Positions 40,444-54,160 of a stretch of 64,000 nt of DNA are shown here, one piece after another. The position numbers and the translations under genes were made by a program. The notes under the pieces were generated by a model. It saw nothing but the letters and a program-made list of their open reading frames with translations. It searched no databases and had not been told where the DNA came from. Within the stretch, counting starts at the first letter, position 1. Every line of letters begins with the position of its first letter. Source of the stretch: Fimicolochytrium jonesii (lineage: Eukaryota); NCBI RefSeq assembly GCF_025526975.1, contig NW_026515688.1, positions 62,001-126,000 of the forward strand, in the 5' to 3' direction.

Positions 40444-42879
40444 TCACGGTTCGTCGAGGGTAAGGGGGTGGTTGTGGCCCATTTTGCTGCTGGCGCGGTA
40501 TTCCCACATCCGGGGTGTTTGGTTGCTGGGAGGTACGGAAGAGGTGAAAGATGGTGTCAGTATTCTTGGGTCTCTGCGCCGGGGTAGGCCCGGGAATACC
40601 AATAGAGAAGCTGAGTAAACTTACTTTTGCGGCAATCGTCTAAACAATATAATATGCCACTCGCAACCCGTAACAGCCGCCTTCTCCTTCTTCTTCCGTT
40701 TCTTCCTCGGCGGCTCCTCCTCCTCCTCCCGCTGCTGCTGCTGCGCGGCTGCAGCCTGCTGTTCCTCCGTCTGCGGCTTCGGTCGCGACCTGCGCCCACA
40801 GCTGCATATGATCACAACGTAATCCGATCTCGACGTGCGCACAAGGACGTTGAACCCCGCCATGCGCGCCTGCTCTTTTAGGAAATCCAGCGCACCGTCT
40901 CTGTCCTCGAATTTATGCCGGATGATACGGTTTTTGAAGCTTTCGTCGGCCGGGTTGAGCGGCTGCGAGTGGGAGTCGTTGTCGAAGAGGGGGACGTGCG
41001 GGAAGACACCGGAGCCGAGAGAGGATGGGATGTTGGGCGGTCCGCTTAGCGCGTGGTGGATCGCTGAGGGCCCTGGTGGTGGCGGGTTGGAGGAGACGGC
41101 GGAGATGGGGCCTGCGCTGTGTCTGAGGGAGGAGACGTAGGGGTTGAAGCTCTGGGTGGGACGACGGGCATAGTTTGCGTCGGCAGATAACGCCTGATCG
41201 TAATGCACGTACCCTGAAGAGGAGCAAGGTTCTGGAATCGTGGGACCGAAGATACGGTTTAGGGAGAGTGATGGATGTTTGCCCGGCGGGAACGGTGGGC
41301 GCAGGGTGGGCGGGAAGGCTGCTCCCGCATACGTGTGGTAGGGTGCTGGATTGTGAAGTGTCGTTGGTCGTCGGGATCGCGGTAACGACGTCAGTTGAGA
41401 GGGATTTAAATAGCCGGTACTGGCATGGTCATTCAGATCGCCGATATCCTCCGAGAACGACGCGCCGAGTGGATCGTTGGAACCGTAGAGGCTCCCACTG
41501 GCGCCACTTAGTTGCAATGGAAGGACGGTCCGATGTCGTTCGGCCGAAGGCGCAAAGAATTCGGGCTCGACCGGGTGATGTGAGCCTTCCAATATTGAGT
41601 TGATGGAGGAGGTAGGTCGGTACGTCGGGAAGGACTCTGCCCGTGACATAGCATAGTTGAGCCGCCGGGTCATATCCAGATCTCCTGGAGGGCCGCTCAG
41701 TAACGACGACATTGGCCCGCGCTCATCCGGCTTTGGGACGCTGTGAGTACTACTGCTCCCCTGCGAAGAATACCGCCGCCCCGGCAGAGAAAGATATGGC
41801 TGCACTCGTTGCTCGGAAACGCTTTCATAATCTGGCCAATCCTCGTCGTATGGTGCTGATGAGTGGGTCGACCTCAGCATGTCATTCTCCCCGGGTGCGA
41901 TGGGTGGAAGCGGGTGGTGAGGGTAAGCTTCCGAATACGGTGAGTAGCCGACCGGTTGCTCGGTATAGTTTGGGTTCTGGAACTCATATGATATCGCCAG
42001 AGTTGGGTCTGGTGGATCAGGTTTTTGCCACGAAGGGGCCGGAAACCTTTGGGGTTGTCTGCGAAAACCATACTGATACGGCGGCTGGTCGTCGATGTCG
42101 CCTATGCGGCCGGTGCTCATCAACTCATGCAATGGTGGAACTCCCAGATCTGTCTCCTTTTTCATTGGCGGCGACGTTGGTTGCCGGGCCGCGTGCGTGA
42201 GCTCCGAAGGATCGGGACTCCTCGCCCTTTTGCGAGCGTTTTGCCGCGGTGATGTGGAAAGAGACTGATGATTCGATCGCAAAGATGGTACCGGTAGGGT
42301 GGACAATGATGTGCTGTTATGCCCAGGCGAGCGCTGGCCCTCCAACGAAGGGAAGCCGCCATCATCATTGTGAGTATAATTTTGCGACATGAGGGGAGGT
42401 ATGCGAGTCATCGGTCGGTTAGGCAACTCGTAGAAGTTGGGAGGCCTGTCTGCACGATATCCTGTGCGCGACGGGAACTCCGACTCTCCGCTGTCCCGGG
42501 GGTCTGCAAACTTGAGATTGCGCGATTGTATCGGCGATAGCTCATTCTGCGAGCGTAAAACTTGCGTGGAGTGCTCCTGATACGGATATGGAAGTTGATG
42601 CGAGGGAAGTGGATCAGAGATGGGGAGCGGGTGGGTATGTGGATGATGAAGGTATGCTTGAGATGATGATCCTTGGCCGTGGCCTCCATGGTCGCCGGTC
42701 TGACCTAATCCTAAAAGACGGGGGTCTGTACTCCCGTAGTATTTCTTCTCGTTCGAGGCGGGTAATCGCTCCATTCGGAGGTTCGTGGACGGTGCGTTGG
42801 GATCAGCCCGATCGACCGAAGGATCATAAGGATACCCTCGCTCGTCATCGTAAGCATATGTAGCGTACGTCCGCTTCAT
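40444..42879 (-). CDS. Low-complexity protein with C-terminal FAR1/AFT-like (WRKY-GCM1 fold) Zn DNA-binding domain
   Basis: Long P/S-rich ORF ending FEDRDGALDFLKEQARMAGFNVLVRTSRSDYVVIICSCG...TGCEWHIILFRR, then after an intron MWEYRASSKMGHNHPL. The start codon is uncertain and there may be upstream exons. Confidence 0.7.
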
Positions 42880-44290
42880 GATGATCGTTTCTCCCGTCGA
42901 TATGGATTTCCGGGAAGGCCTTCCTCTTACGCTCTGGAAGAACGGAGTCGGCCGCACGCGGAAGGTAATGTGATGGACGACGGTATAGTCGACCACGTTG
43001 CTCTACAAGATTATATACACTCTGGTTTTCCTCTTGCTGAGCGACGCTTCTTCGCATGTCGGGCTGGGGGGCGGGAAGGGACGGAAGGGGGTGCACGTCG
43101 GCCACACACAGGTTTCCGAGTATGGTGCCTATGTTTGAATATGAGTAGAATCCGATTAGTGCGTGTTTCCTCATAAGCAGATGATATGGAATCCGCGACC
43201 CATGCCGTGCCGGCGAGGTTATAGCGAGGACGACATCGGCATCGTCGGAGAATGGGGTTCCCCATGTTCCCACGCGTACATAGCTATAATGCTGAGCATG
43301 GCCATCCTCGTCCGCGCCCGGCCTTCCACGTCCATCAAAGACATCCTCAAGCTCGTCGTCGCCCGCTCTGAGTCCAGCGTTAACCCTCCATGTTCGCAGG
43401 ATGTAAGTTGTTAGCTGAGCGTGGGGAAAAAACTACTCACCTGAACCGCGCCCTATGGACCGTGTTTCTTTACTGTGCCCCGACGCGACGGCTTTGGGGG
43501 GAAAAGGGCCTCTAAGGAGCTGGGAAACACTTCACCCACGATCTTAGAATAGAAGGTGGGAAAGGGTATTCTGCGCGCGCATGCTCGACGTAGGACGTTG
43601 TTATAGGGTCACCCCAAAAACCTTTTTGCAACCTTGTTTCGTGGTTTTGGGCCAGCCGCTCGTGCTTGTCCCCAGCGGCTGTCGCTCGGCTTTCCCCAGC
43701 GATATCCCCGAAGCGACCCCACACCGTAATACTACCTCCGGCCATTATTGGCAGCCCAAAGTAAATGCGATAAATAACAAACCTACACACCTCGGCACGC
43801 GGGCGGCCGAGTTGGGAATAGCAAAATCGTACAACTTATTGCGAGCCAACGCGCGGAACAGCGCCAACCTCATATTGGATTTGGGCCAGCAAATTCCTGG
43901 GGTTTTATATCATTCCGGCTGCAGCGCTCAAAATTGGGCGTCGCCAGGGGCCTTGTATCCGACGGAGTCTGCAACAATGACGAGGTGAGCGATTGCGGGG
44001 CCCAAATTGACTTACGGCTCGCCGTATGTGTGCGCGTCGCGCCAGGGGAAGCAGCCCGCAATACCGAAAACAGACGCGCTGCGTCGTGGCTGGGCGTTCT
44101 TCTATCTTCAACATCACGATTTCGACCGGTACCGCTCTTTGTTCACGTTTTACCGATTAATGTACGCTTGGACGGTACTTGGTAGGAGTAACCCATGTAA
44201 CCGATCACCGAATTGCGAGGCTTGGGGAGTTGTGGCCGGTTGGACAAAGTCTACAAGGTGGACGTGCTCAAAGAACGCGTTCCCAAGGGT

Positions 44291-44710
44291 TCATGAATCT
44301 AGCGACTTCACTTCACGCCCGGGAATGCTATCCATATCGCGTTCGCAAGTTCGCATGCGTTCCCAAACCATGGACGTTGCAGGCCGAATCGGACGCTGGT
44401 ACAGTAAATTGCGATCCTGGGTCAATTTGTGGACGTCATCGTTGGAAAGCTCCCAGGAACATGAGAAGATCGTCCTAATGTATGTACATAATTTCCTGCT
44501 GCGCTGCAAAGATGTATTCTTGTGAAACCTTTGGGAAACATCGCAATACCTCGCCACAGCTTCGTCGATTTCCGTTGGGATTCTGATCAGGATACATCTG
44601 CCGCACGCCTTTTTATGTCGAGAACATGGAGGCGCATTTCAGGAATTAAGCCGAGGATACTGCTCAATCCTTGCAGAGCTGGATTGCGACTCGAGGTGCC
44701 AATAGCCATC
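44291..44710 (-). pseudogene. Possible degraded F-box-like gene fragment
   Basis: Minus strand MAIG...LSSILGLIPEMRLHVLD resembles an F-box start but runs into a stop; protein-like text continues in another frame. Confidence 0.2.
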
Positions 44711-46465
44711 GAACGTGCGACATCCGGTTCCTGGGATATCGCACCGAATGCGACTTGAAACCACCTTGCAAGCTGCTACGTAGGCTCGTCTTTTCCTCGA
44801 GCTTTTACGTCGCTGATCCTGACCGGTGCCTGATGAGGCATGGCAATCTACGAACATACTGTACATCTCTGGCGCAGGCTCGTGATTCCTTCAATGACCC
44901 TCGCCTGGACGGCCACCTGCGTATTGGAGGACACCTGCATAGTGCACACTGCACAGCGCGGCATCTGCACACCCTGGCCTGACGAACAACATCGCTGACA
45001 TGTGGGTGATTAACCCTGGAAATTGCTAACGAGGCGAGTTCAACAACTATAGCTTCAATCAATAATATCGATATGTACAGTACGTGGGTTACATCCTTCT
45101 TCTCTCCGACGGTGTTTGCTTTTTTCGTCGCCAACCTGACTGGTGTCTGGTGAAGCTCTGGTGAACTTACATCTCCACCCGTACACTAATGATTCCCTCA
45201 TAACCACATGTTTATTAGTTCTCATTCCACACCATACAAGGTCTGATAGGAGGTAGATCGAGGAACATCCAGATACCCCTGGTGCGCCACTTTCTGACAG
45301 GAATCGACACTTCTCCCCCCTACCGGTCCCGACAAAGCACATCCCTTGAATTATGGATGCCGCCGCTCAACACACAAGCGTAAATGCACTTGGGCCGTTG
45401 GGTGCAACTCCCGTTACAACCGCGTGGGCTATCGGAACCTGCAAAAACAGCCAAGAAACGATGATGTGCAGTCGGATGTTCTTCAATTTTCGTGGGATCC
45501 AACAAAAGTTTGGCTCTGAAAGGACGAAAGTACCTCACCAGCTTATCACGTTGCGATATCATATACTATCGTATACCGTACTTAGTCGACCATGGCACAG
45601 ACTTCCTGTCCGCCAAGAGCCTTGTTACTTTGAAGCGGTCCAAAAAGTTCGGAGTTGAAGCAATGCAAGGCACCCGTGAAACGGTCAGAATACGGCTTCC
45701 AACAGAAGGTAGTCCACATCACATGGTAGCACCTTCTAAACATATTTGCGTTTTAAGGTTCGGAAGGGCCCAGCGAATCAGAGCGCGACGAAGGAGGATT
45801 CACAAAAGTGGAGATCCAATAAGCGCCCACAGTTCATCCACATAGCACCCACCGGCTTCCATTTTGCGCGTTTTACTTAGCCGCTAGTTTAGCCATCACT
45901 CATTTTCCATCTCAAATCGGTCTAATCATGTAAACCGGAATATGGAATCGACGTCTGCTTAGCGTTTGTTCCATTTTTCTACCAACATTGCGCTGGGAAA
46001 ACATTGACCAGGGACTCTCACAGGAGTGGCTCTTCACAACGACGGCCAACACAGAAGTTTTCTGGTGGGCAGGAACCAGGCCACTTACAACTTCCCCTGA
46101 CTTTGTGTCGCATTCTAGAAGGCCGTAGCGGCTCAGCGTCGGTTCAGCCAATTGAAGCCACTTGCCTCACTGCCCTTTCTGATCTCAACGGCAAAGTTGG
46201 ACTCCGGAGTCTTCCACTCAACTTCTCAACACGCCTTTCGCCGGAAGCTGGAAATTCTTTTCGTCTCGACTCGCCTGAGCCTCACCGCAGGTGACTGTAT
46301 CGGTCCCGAAATCACAGTCCCTGAGGCAGCTGGGAGTACGTTGAAGTCTACGAACGAGCAAACAGCAAAGCACTACAGGGGAAGTTGGACGACAGACGAG
46401 AAAGAACAGGGAAAGGGGATTGTTTGGGAGACGGTCGGATATAGGTTCTCGCGCCCACATAAGGG

Positions 46466-49324
46466 ATGGGGCAGCCGAACGAGAGCCCCAACCCTTTCGG
46501 GAAAGCATTCCCACAACCCTTGTTCCTGTCATACGAAAACGATCGTGGGTCAGCACCACCTTCGCAAGTTGCCTCCAACTACCTCGCACAGCAACATGAC
46601 TTTGCAGCAGGCCACATGCCTTCGTTTGGGGGCATGGCCGAAATCGAAGATATCGACTCGCTCTTCAATGACCTGGTGGATGTGGGACGATTCGATGTGG
46701 GGCCGTTTATGGGGATTGGGGCAGATGAACCTGTGATGGTGGAGCTGGACGAAGAGCTTTCGGCCGTGGCGAATGCAGATTCAGCACAGCAGAGTTTGGT
46801 GGGCGGCACGCAGTTTGTGGATCCTTACCAGGTGACTGTACACCAGTCGCAACAAACGGGATTGGCGAACGTAAAGACGAAAACAGCTGCTCTGCGGAGG
46901 AAGCTCGATGCAGCGAGGAAGACGGTCGAGGGGTGTCCGGTCAATAGGGAGGAGACGCCACCATTTTCGGCCCCAGCAGGACCTTCCACAGGGACAGGCC
47001 AGCCATCCCACCCGAACGCAGGACCGTCTGGAGCTTCAGGGGCGCCACAACCGCAGCAACGAGGGACAGTGAAGCCGGGGAAGCGGAATAGGAACGGGGA
47101 TAGGGAGAACAAGCGGCGGAAAGTATGTCAAGCATGCATACATTGCCGGAAAGCCCACATGTCGTGTGACGAAGTCCGGCCATGTCGGCGATGCGTCAGA
47201 AGGGGAATGGCTCACATGTGCTTGGACGCACCACGGCAGCCTGTGATCCCCAAGCCCGTCATCACATCCGCTGGACCGGTACCTATCCTTCCCGCACCCA
47301 TGAAGGACGGAGACCAGATAGTGCCGCTGCCGGCGACTTCTGGGCAAATGCTGCAGCCGTTTACTCTCCCGCTGCCACCGCAGATGTCGCTCGCGCAACA
47401 GGTCTCCTTCCTCAACATGCTCACTGCGAATGCGAACGCAAACGCAAATGCGAGTGCGAGTGCGATTCAGAACACCGGGTCAAACCAATCTGATCCGCAA
47501 ATCGGCAATGCATCGATAACCGCCCCAACTCCACATCCTACATCACCATCTCAGAACGTAAATACATCCGCACCCTTCCCCAATGTCGTATACCCGGACG
47601 CATCCTACATGAGCATGTTGACCGCGACCCTCAGTCCTTGCTCACCCGCCCAATCCGTCTCTCCCAAGACTCGACCAACGTCCGCTCAAAGCCCGGGCGT
47701 GGCCTCACCGTCGCAGACGCATAGCCCGATGCTGGAGATCAAATCGGATCTCGCGTCAACGCCTACGTCAGTGCACCAGGATTCGATGCAGGGTGTTCGA
47801 CATTCCGCCAGTCCGGCACCACAACCAACTGCACAGCGCAGGCGGACTTCTGGACCATCGCATTCCTTCCTTCCCTCAGAACTCTTGGCATTCGCACCGC
47901 AATCGAGCACTGTGCCGTATCCCTCTGCGCAAACTCCGGCGACGATGCATATGGGCGATCGACCTATGAGCGCGTTTACTGTCGATAAAAGTGCTGCGTC
48001 GTCGCCTGTTTTCGCCGTGAAGCATTCAATGTCGCCGCATGTACATCCCCATTCTCCTTCGTCGAATATCGACACTGCTTTCCAACCGCAGCAAACGATG
48101 CGATCTCAACCTGGAGAGCAAGAAAAGCGGCATCCCTCGGTTCCGCTACCGCAACCGATGCCGACCGAATGCGCCGATTTCCAAACAATGCTCCCTGTGC
48201 AACTCCAGAAACCCGAATCCCTGTTTGCCAGCACGTCCGTCGGATCGGAGTACGCCGCGCTGGCCGACCTTTGGGCAACCGTCAACCACGCCACGGCCAC
48301 GGAGGAGAGCGAAAACCAATCGAACAACGCGACCAACAGCCAGACAAAAGGCAACAGCAACTACACCTCCACCGCCCTCCACACCTGCACAAAAGAAGGC
48401 GAAAATAAATCCCGCTGCAACTCCTGCCCCTTCACCCTCCTCGAACGCTTCTACCTCACCGCCGCCGGCGACCAGCCCCCCTCCACCTCCCCAACAACCA
48501 CAACAACCACCGCCGACCGCCTCACCCACATCCTCTCCGCGAAACGCAAAGCAGGCCTCCTCACACCCTACGACTACAGCTCCGGCTACGCCCGCCTCGG
48601 GCACCACCTGACAACCCAATGCTCCTCCACATCCCGCCAACGCATCCTCAACGTCGTCGCCTCCTTTCAAACCGGCCTCGCCCACCTCGCGCGAAACGTC
48701 ACCGACACCGAGCTGTTACACCACGAAGACACTTTCGAACGACTGTTGTTGGATTACGACGTCATGTTTGGAATCACCGGGATCCCTGCGGCTATCTGGC
48801 GTAGGACAGGCGAGATTGTGCGTGCCAACCAAGCGTTTGCGGAGCTTGTTGGACTGGATTTGAGGTTGTTGGTGAACGGGATGGTGTGCGTTTATGAGCT
48901 GATGAATGAGGATTCCGGGGTGGGGTATTGGGAACGGTTTGGGAGGGTTGCGTTTGATGGGGAGGAGAAGGCGTGGATGGGGACTTGTACGTTGAGGAAA
49001 CGTGCGAATCACAGGAATGAGGTGGAGAAATCGGTGAAGTGCGCGTATAGCGTGACGGTTCGGAGGGATACCGTTGGCGTGCCTCTCGTCTGCGCCGGCA
49101 ACTTCCTGCCCGCCACGGCGCCGACGCCCACCCAACCGCCGCTTGTTATACCCGCTTGGGTGCAACAGGGGATGGCGGCTGGCAAGACCGTCGCTGGCGG
49201 GAGTAGAAGCATGAATCCCGCGAATAAGGCGACGGGTGAAGGGCAGGTTGCGGCGATTACGGCGGGGTTGGCGGCGTCGTCTGTGAACCCCAGGGAACCG
49301 GCTTATGTATATAACTTAAATTAA
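46466..49324 (+). CDS. RDS2: Zn(II)2Cys6 + PAS transcription factor, Rds2/AcuM type
   Basis: KVCQACIHCRKAHMSCDEVRPCRRCVRRGMAHMC binuclear cluster, SEYAAL, FYLTAA, AKRKAGLLTPYDYSSGYARL and IPAAIWRRTGEIVRANQAFAEL. 952-aa uninterrupted ORF. Confidence 0.9.
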   Translation: MGQPNESPNPFGKAFPQPLFLSYENDRGSAPPSQVASNYLAQQHDFAAGHMPSFGGMAEIEDIDSLFNDLVDVGRFDVGPFMGIGADEPVMVELDEELSAVANADSAQQSLVGGTQFVDPYQVTVHQSQQTGLANVKTKTAALRRKLDAARKTVEGCPVNREETPPFSAPAGPSTGTGQPSHPNAGPSGASGAPQPQQRGTVKPGKRNRNGDRENKRRKVCQACIHCRKAHMSCDEVRPCRRCVRRGMAHMCLDAPRQPVIPKPVITSAGPVPILPAPMKDGDQIVPLPATSGQMLQPFTLPLPPQMSLAQQVSFLNMLTANANANANASASAIQNTGSNQSDPQIGNASITAPTPHPTSPSQNVNTSAPFPNVVYPDASYMSMLTATLSPCSPAQSVSPKTRPTSAQSPGVASPSQTHSPMLEIKSDLASTPTSVHQDSMQGVRHSASPAPQPTAQRRRTSGPSHSFLPSELLAFAPQSSTVPYPSAQTPATMHMGDRPMSAFTVDKSAASSPVFAVKHSMSPHVHPHSPSSNIDTAFQPQQTMRSQPGEQEKRHPSVPLPQPMPTECADFQTMLPVQLQKPESLFASTSVGSEYAALADLWATVNHATATEESENQSNNATNSQTKGNSNYTSTALHTCTKEGENKSRCNSCPFTLLERFYLTAAGDQPPSTSPTTTTTTADRLTHILSAKRKAGLLTPYDYSSGYARLGHHLTTQCSSTSRQRILNVVASFQTGLAHLARNVTDTELLHHEDTFERLLLDYDVMFGITGIPAAIWRRTGEIVRANQAFAELVGLDLRLLVNGMVCVYELMNEDSGVGYWERFGRVAFDGEEKAWMGTCTLRKRANHRNEVEKSVKCAYSVTVRRDTVGVPLVCAGNFLPATAPTPTQPPLVIPAWVQQGMAAGKTVAGGSRSMNPANKATGEGQVAAITAGLAASSVNPREPAYVYNLN

Positions 49325-49719
49325 TCTCCATATACATAGCTACGTACGGTGAATGAAAAAAACGTATTTGTACATACGACCGTCTTGGAAACCATTGGGC
49401 CATAGGACTTGGGATATGAGTCCTCTCCTCCCTACGACACGGCGCTCTTGACCATTGGGCCGGTAATACATATTCCGAGTGAGGCGATGAGTTTGCCACC
49501 GCAGCTACGTTCTTTTGTTGTGCGTGGGGTGGATATACTGTACGCTCTGGCTGAGGTCCTTCGCCTTCTGTTCTTCAAGTTCACGAGTGGACGCGTTTGA
49601 GGACAGGCGCACGCGAGGTTGTTCTTTTTCCTCTCGCCAAATTCGAAGGCCAACGCCATAGCAGAACTGCCCCTTGCTTTCGGGCGAAACAACTACACTC
49701 AGACAGGCACACACACAGT

Positions 49720-52150
49720 ATGCCAGCGGATACAGAGCAGCAGAAGAAGAACAACGGGAAGGCCCCCGTCGACGAGTCGGCGCTTCCAAAATGGAAATCC
49801 TACGGTCCCGACGGCCAGGTCTACATTACCGAAGGTATTGTCAAACAACGAGGGCATGTCGCGGAAGACCCCTCTGTGAACATATGTATTAAAGCTATCA
49901 GCGCAGGGGCGGCCAAGATCGAGTTTCCGTCAGACAACTCCGTTTTCTACAACCCGGTGCAGGAATTCAATAGGGATATGGTGGGTTGGAAGAGGAGAGC
50001 GCAGCGAAGAGCGGGTTTAGGAGTGCGAGAACCGCTGAGCGTTTGAGGTGGTCACACAGTCTACGGCAGCCATCACGACTTGGAGCAAGTTGTTTTTTGT
50101 GGAGCAGGCGGCGGCGAGCGAGAAGAAGCCGAGGAAGAAAGTGGTTCCGCCAGAGGCTGAGCCTGCAGCAGGTATGAGAGAATACGAGGAGGATACGTGC
50201 AGGATACGTGATGAAGGCTCACAAACATCGGGAATCAGTAGCAACAGCCGCAGATCAGCCGGACACGCCCTACCCACCCGTCAAAATGTCCTACATGGAC
50301 ACATTCAAAGAGATCGACCCTAACACATTAGAAGATCCGGACATGGAATCCCCCGCATACAAAGACCAAAAATTCACAATCCTCGAAGCACTCTCTGCAA
50401 CAGGTCTCCGCTCCATCCGCTACGCCAAATCAATCCCACAGATCAAATCCATCATCGCGAACGACCTCCTCGAAGACGCTGTCGCAGCCATCACCAAAAA
50501 CGTGAAAGCCAACGGCGTCGAGGATATTGTCATCCCCAACAAAGGCGACGCTACGGCAGTCATGTACCAGGCGATAGGCGCCGGAACGAAATACGACGTT
50601 ATTGACTTGGACCCGTACGGCACCGCCGCCCCGTTCCTAGACACGGCCGTTCAAGCGGTGTCCGAAGGCGGGTTGCTGTGTATCACATGCACGGATCTGG
50701 CGGTATTGGCAGGCAGCCAGCCAGACGCATGTTGGGGGAAATATGGCGGCATGCCGGTCCCGAACTCGCCGTACTGCCATGAAATGGCCCTGCGGATCTT
50801 GTTGCATACCATTCAGTCGTCGGCGGTGCGGTACAAGCGATACATCGAGCCGCTGGCGTGCTTCAGTATCGATTTCTATGTGAGGGTGTTTGTGAGGGTC
50901 TATACGTCGGCGCAGATGGTTAAGCGGGCTGCTGGGAAGACGTCGATGGTGTTTCACTGCACTGGCTGCAAGGATTTCGTTACCCAGCCCATCGGCAAAT
51001 CGGCTGAGAATGGGGACGGGCGAAAGGTCGGGCCCGTTGTGGGTCCCAATGTTGGTAGCCATTGCGAGCATTGTGGGAAGCGGTTCCATGTACGTTACAA
51101 TGATTTCTACCGCCCTACTATTAGTCGCCCATTCTGTTAACTCTATCACTCATTGTGCCCTCAGATTGGTGGCCCGTTCTACAACGGCCCCCTCCACAAC
51201 CGCGAATTTCTACTTCGTATGCTGAAAGAGGTGCAGTCCGCGCCAGACGCGAAGTACGGGACCAAGCCGCGCATGCTGGGGATGCTCACCGTCGCGTCGG
51301 AGGTAACGCATCATCCCCGTCATGTCGTTTCTATGAGCAAGCGGTATGGGAAACAGAGCGCTAATGTTCCTTCATGACAACAGGAACTCCCACTACCGTT
51401 CTACTACGAAGTCTCCGTCCTCGCCTCAGTCGTACGCTCCACATCTCCCCGACTTCTCGACATCCTGTAAGCTCTCTTCGCCCCACCCCATTCTTCACCC
51501 CCCCTCTAACCCACCTCACCCTCCCCCACCCAGATCGGCCCTCCTGAACATGCGCTACTCCGTCTCACTAACTCACTGCTCCACCAACTGCTTCAAAACC
51601 AACGCCCCCGGCCGGGCCGTCTGGGACGTGCTCCGGAAATTCGTGGAGAACCATCCTGTGAAGATGGATAGTCTCGCGAAAGACGCGGCTGGGAGGACGA
51701 TTTTGGCGGCGCAGGGAGGGAGTGTAAGCTTTGAGATGCATCCGAAAGCGAACCCGCCGAGTAGGAAGGTGAAGCTGGTGAGGTATCAGGAGAATCCGAC
51801 CAAGAATTGGGGCCCGTTGGTATGTTGTCACCGGCTCTTGGATAGATGGATGTGTCGTGCGCTTAACTGATCTGGGGGCCGTGCGTACGTTAGGCAAGAG
51901 CCGGTAAATCCAAACATACGACCGGACAGGTGAAGCCCGCCAACCACAATCCAGCTGCGAACGGTAAGCTTTCCCACACCCTCGGCCACCAGTGGGAAAT
52001 TCCTCGCTGACACCCCTCCCTCCCTCTATTCATCTTTCCCCTATCTCGCATATTCGTAAAGTCAAGAGAAAACGTGACGCCGACGAGGGAGATAAAGCTC
52101 CAGCAGAAGATACCGACGCGGCAAAGACGAAAGTGCCTCGGGCTGAATAG
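49720..52150 (+). CDS. TRM1: tRNA (guanine26-N2,N2)-dimethyltransferase
   Basis: VFYNPVQEFNRDM|S, ILEALSATGLRSIRYA, DVIDLDPYGTAAPFLD, GGLLCITCTD, HEMALRI, SIDFYVRVFV and RYQENPTKNWGP. Multi-exon. Confidence 0.97.
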
Positions 52151-52846
52151 GTCCCATGTCCTGAAACCCCACGTAGCATATCATGCAGCGGGTAGCAAGA
52201 CACTGCACGTGGTGGCTTCTACCTTGTCGCTCAATCATCGCCTGTCCTCTCATCCTGAAGAGGTCATGCCTGGGATGTGATGGGATGTGGTGTGACGAGC
52301 CACCGAGGTCGATCATGAGCCCATAGAACTATATAGAATTTATAGCCCGCACGTAGCATCCACCCACACTTCACGTCCCATCCGGAAGCGCACAGTCGCA
52401 ACCCCTGATAGGGAGGGTCGATGTATGCATTCGAGTATGTATTTCATGTAGACGGAATCAAGATGATTCTGTATGTGTCTCATTTTTCATTTGCATGAGA
52501 GTTGTTCCTTTTACGTATAATATCACCATCCCTCGGGTACACAGGAACCCGTTGTACGGCACATACTGCTCCCATTTATGTTCTATTCTGTCGAATGCGA
52601 CTCATGATGATTCAGAGATGACTACGTCCTCGCCATCTACCAGGTCAAGACCCCTCCATCCGCATTTCTCATCTACGCCGCTTGTCGCTTCACATCACCA
52701 CCACCTAGAGCTATCCGGTTCCGGGAGAAACAAATCCGGGCACTCCGCGAGATCTCGAAACAGTACCGTGCCGCCGCCTTCATACCCAGCCCGAACCAGA
52801 GCCCTGCAATTCTCCATACAGAACCTTCGTTTTGAGACGTAGTAGA

Positions 52847-53718
52847 TCAGCTTTCGATTGTTCTTCTTGGTGCGCCATTGCGGGAAGAGCGGGTTGGGCA
52901 AGGAATTATGTATGATGAGCGAGTTGGACAAGAGACCCGGTATGATGATGATAAGTCTTTCGATGGTACTGGGGAGCGTTGAGATGTATTTGGGTCCACC
53001 TCGTCCGTCGAGGAAGCGACGTCGGGGCCTATCACTAGACGGACAGTCTTCAATAGGGCATCGGCGAGAGATCCTATATCGTTGAGCATGTGTTCGTCAA
53101 GAACTGTCTGCAGTTTCCTGGATTTTCGCCGAGGTGGATCCAGTTTTTGTGGCGGGTCGTAAGGACCCGAGAGGGTCAGGCTGGTGATTTTCGTTACATA
53201 TCGCGCCCAGATGGCGGGAAGGATTTTGTATGTGGTGCCGCTGCACATATATACGCAGCGGCGGACGTGAAAATGCCCGTTGGCATAACTTATGAAGCCT
53301 TCGTCATTTTCGTATCCAGGCGTCGTCCAACAAAAAAGCGGTTTCACAGCTTCCACATGACAGGTATCGAAAAGACGTTCAAATTGGGTAAGTTTATCAT
53401 GCCACACCTTCTCCCGGTCTTCCTCATCGTCCACATCCCCCTGGTCTTCCTGGTCTCCCTCATCTCTCGCAACGGGGTCCGAATAGTCGAAGGCTACCTG
53501 CAACGTCTTGATCCAAGCACAGCGGGCCGGTTCCTGGTCGAGCGTCCGGCACAGAGCAGTGAAACTGTCGTTCCGGCGTGCTTCACACTCCGAGGTAACA
53601 CTGACATGCTTGTAGACGTCCCGAAGAAGCACGGCTTAGAAGCCGTGAGCAGGGCGAGTCGAGTCTTCCCGTCGCAGTAGGATAGAATCACCCGAAATAT
53701 CTCCAGTGGAATGCGCAT
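52847..53718 (-). pseudogene. F-box protein gene with a frameshift
   Basis: MRIPLEIFRVILSYCDGKTRLALLTASKPC (F-box) continues only in another frame (LLRDVYKHVSV...LCRTLDQEPARCAWIKTL) with no intron between. Confidence 0.6.
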
Positions 53719-54160
53719 CCGTGATACGTGGCTACCGATCCCGGTGGCAGTAGAAGAGCAGAGCAAAGACGTCGTGCTGACGAGTTCCGACATTCTTGAG
53801 TACGCAAATGCAGATTTGAGTGGTCGTCCCGGAGCTGGCGATTCCTTGGAAAAATGGGGTAGGGCTGAAAGGTGTCAACCGTGCGCTGTACTGTGCTCTA
53901 TGTATGCAGCTATTCCGTACGTTGCCCGCCGTGTCCCGTGAGCGCCGAAAGAGGAGTCGGCTCGAGAAGCGCTGTGCTTGCTGAGGCTGCGAGAAAAGGA
54001 TGTTTCGTGAGTTTTGATGCGGGGAAGCTCCTGTCTGAGAGCTCCTGGGAAAAAGTTGGAAATGGCCCGCGTCCGTGTCAAATGGAATTGGTACGTACAG
54101 TACATTCGCAAAACATCACAATACAGAAACAGTAAACCGCAGGCATCACCCACCGCAACG

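Noticed and set aside
43500..46400. Many short ORFs between the FAR1-like and RDS2 genes
   Set aside because: No recognisable domains apart from a weak F-box-like fragment; probably degenerate or UTR sequence.
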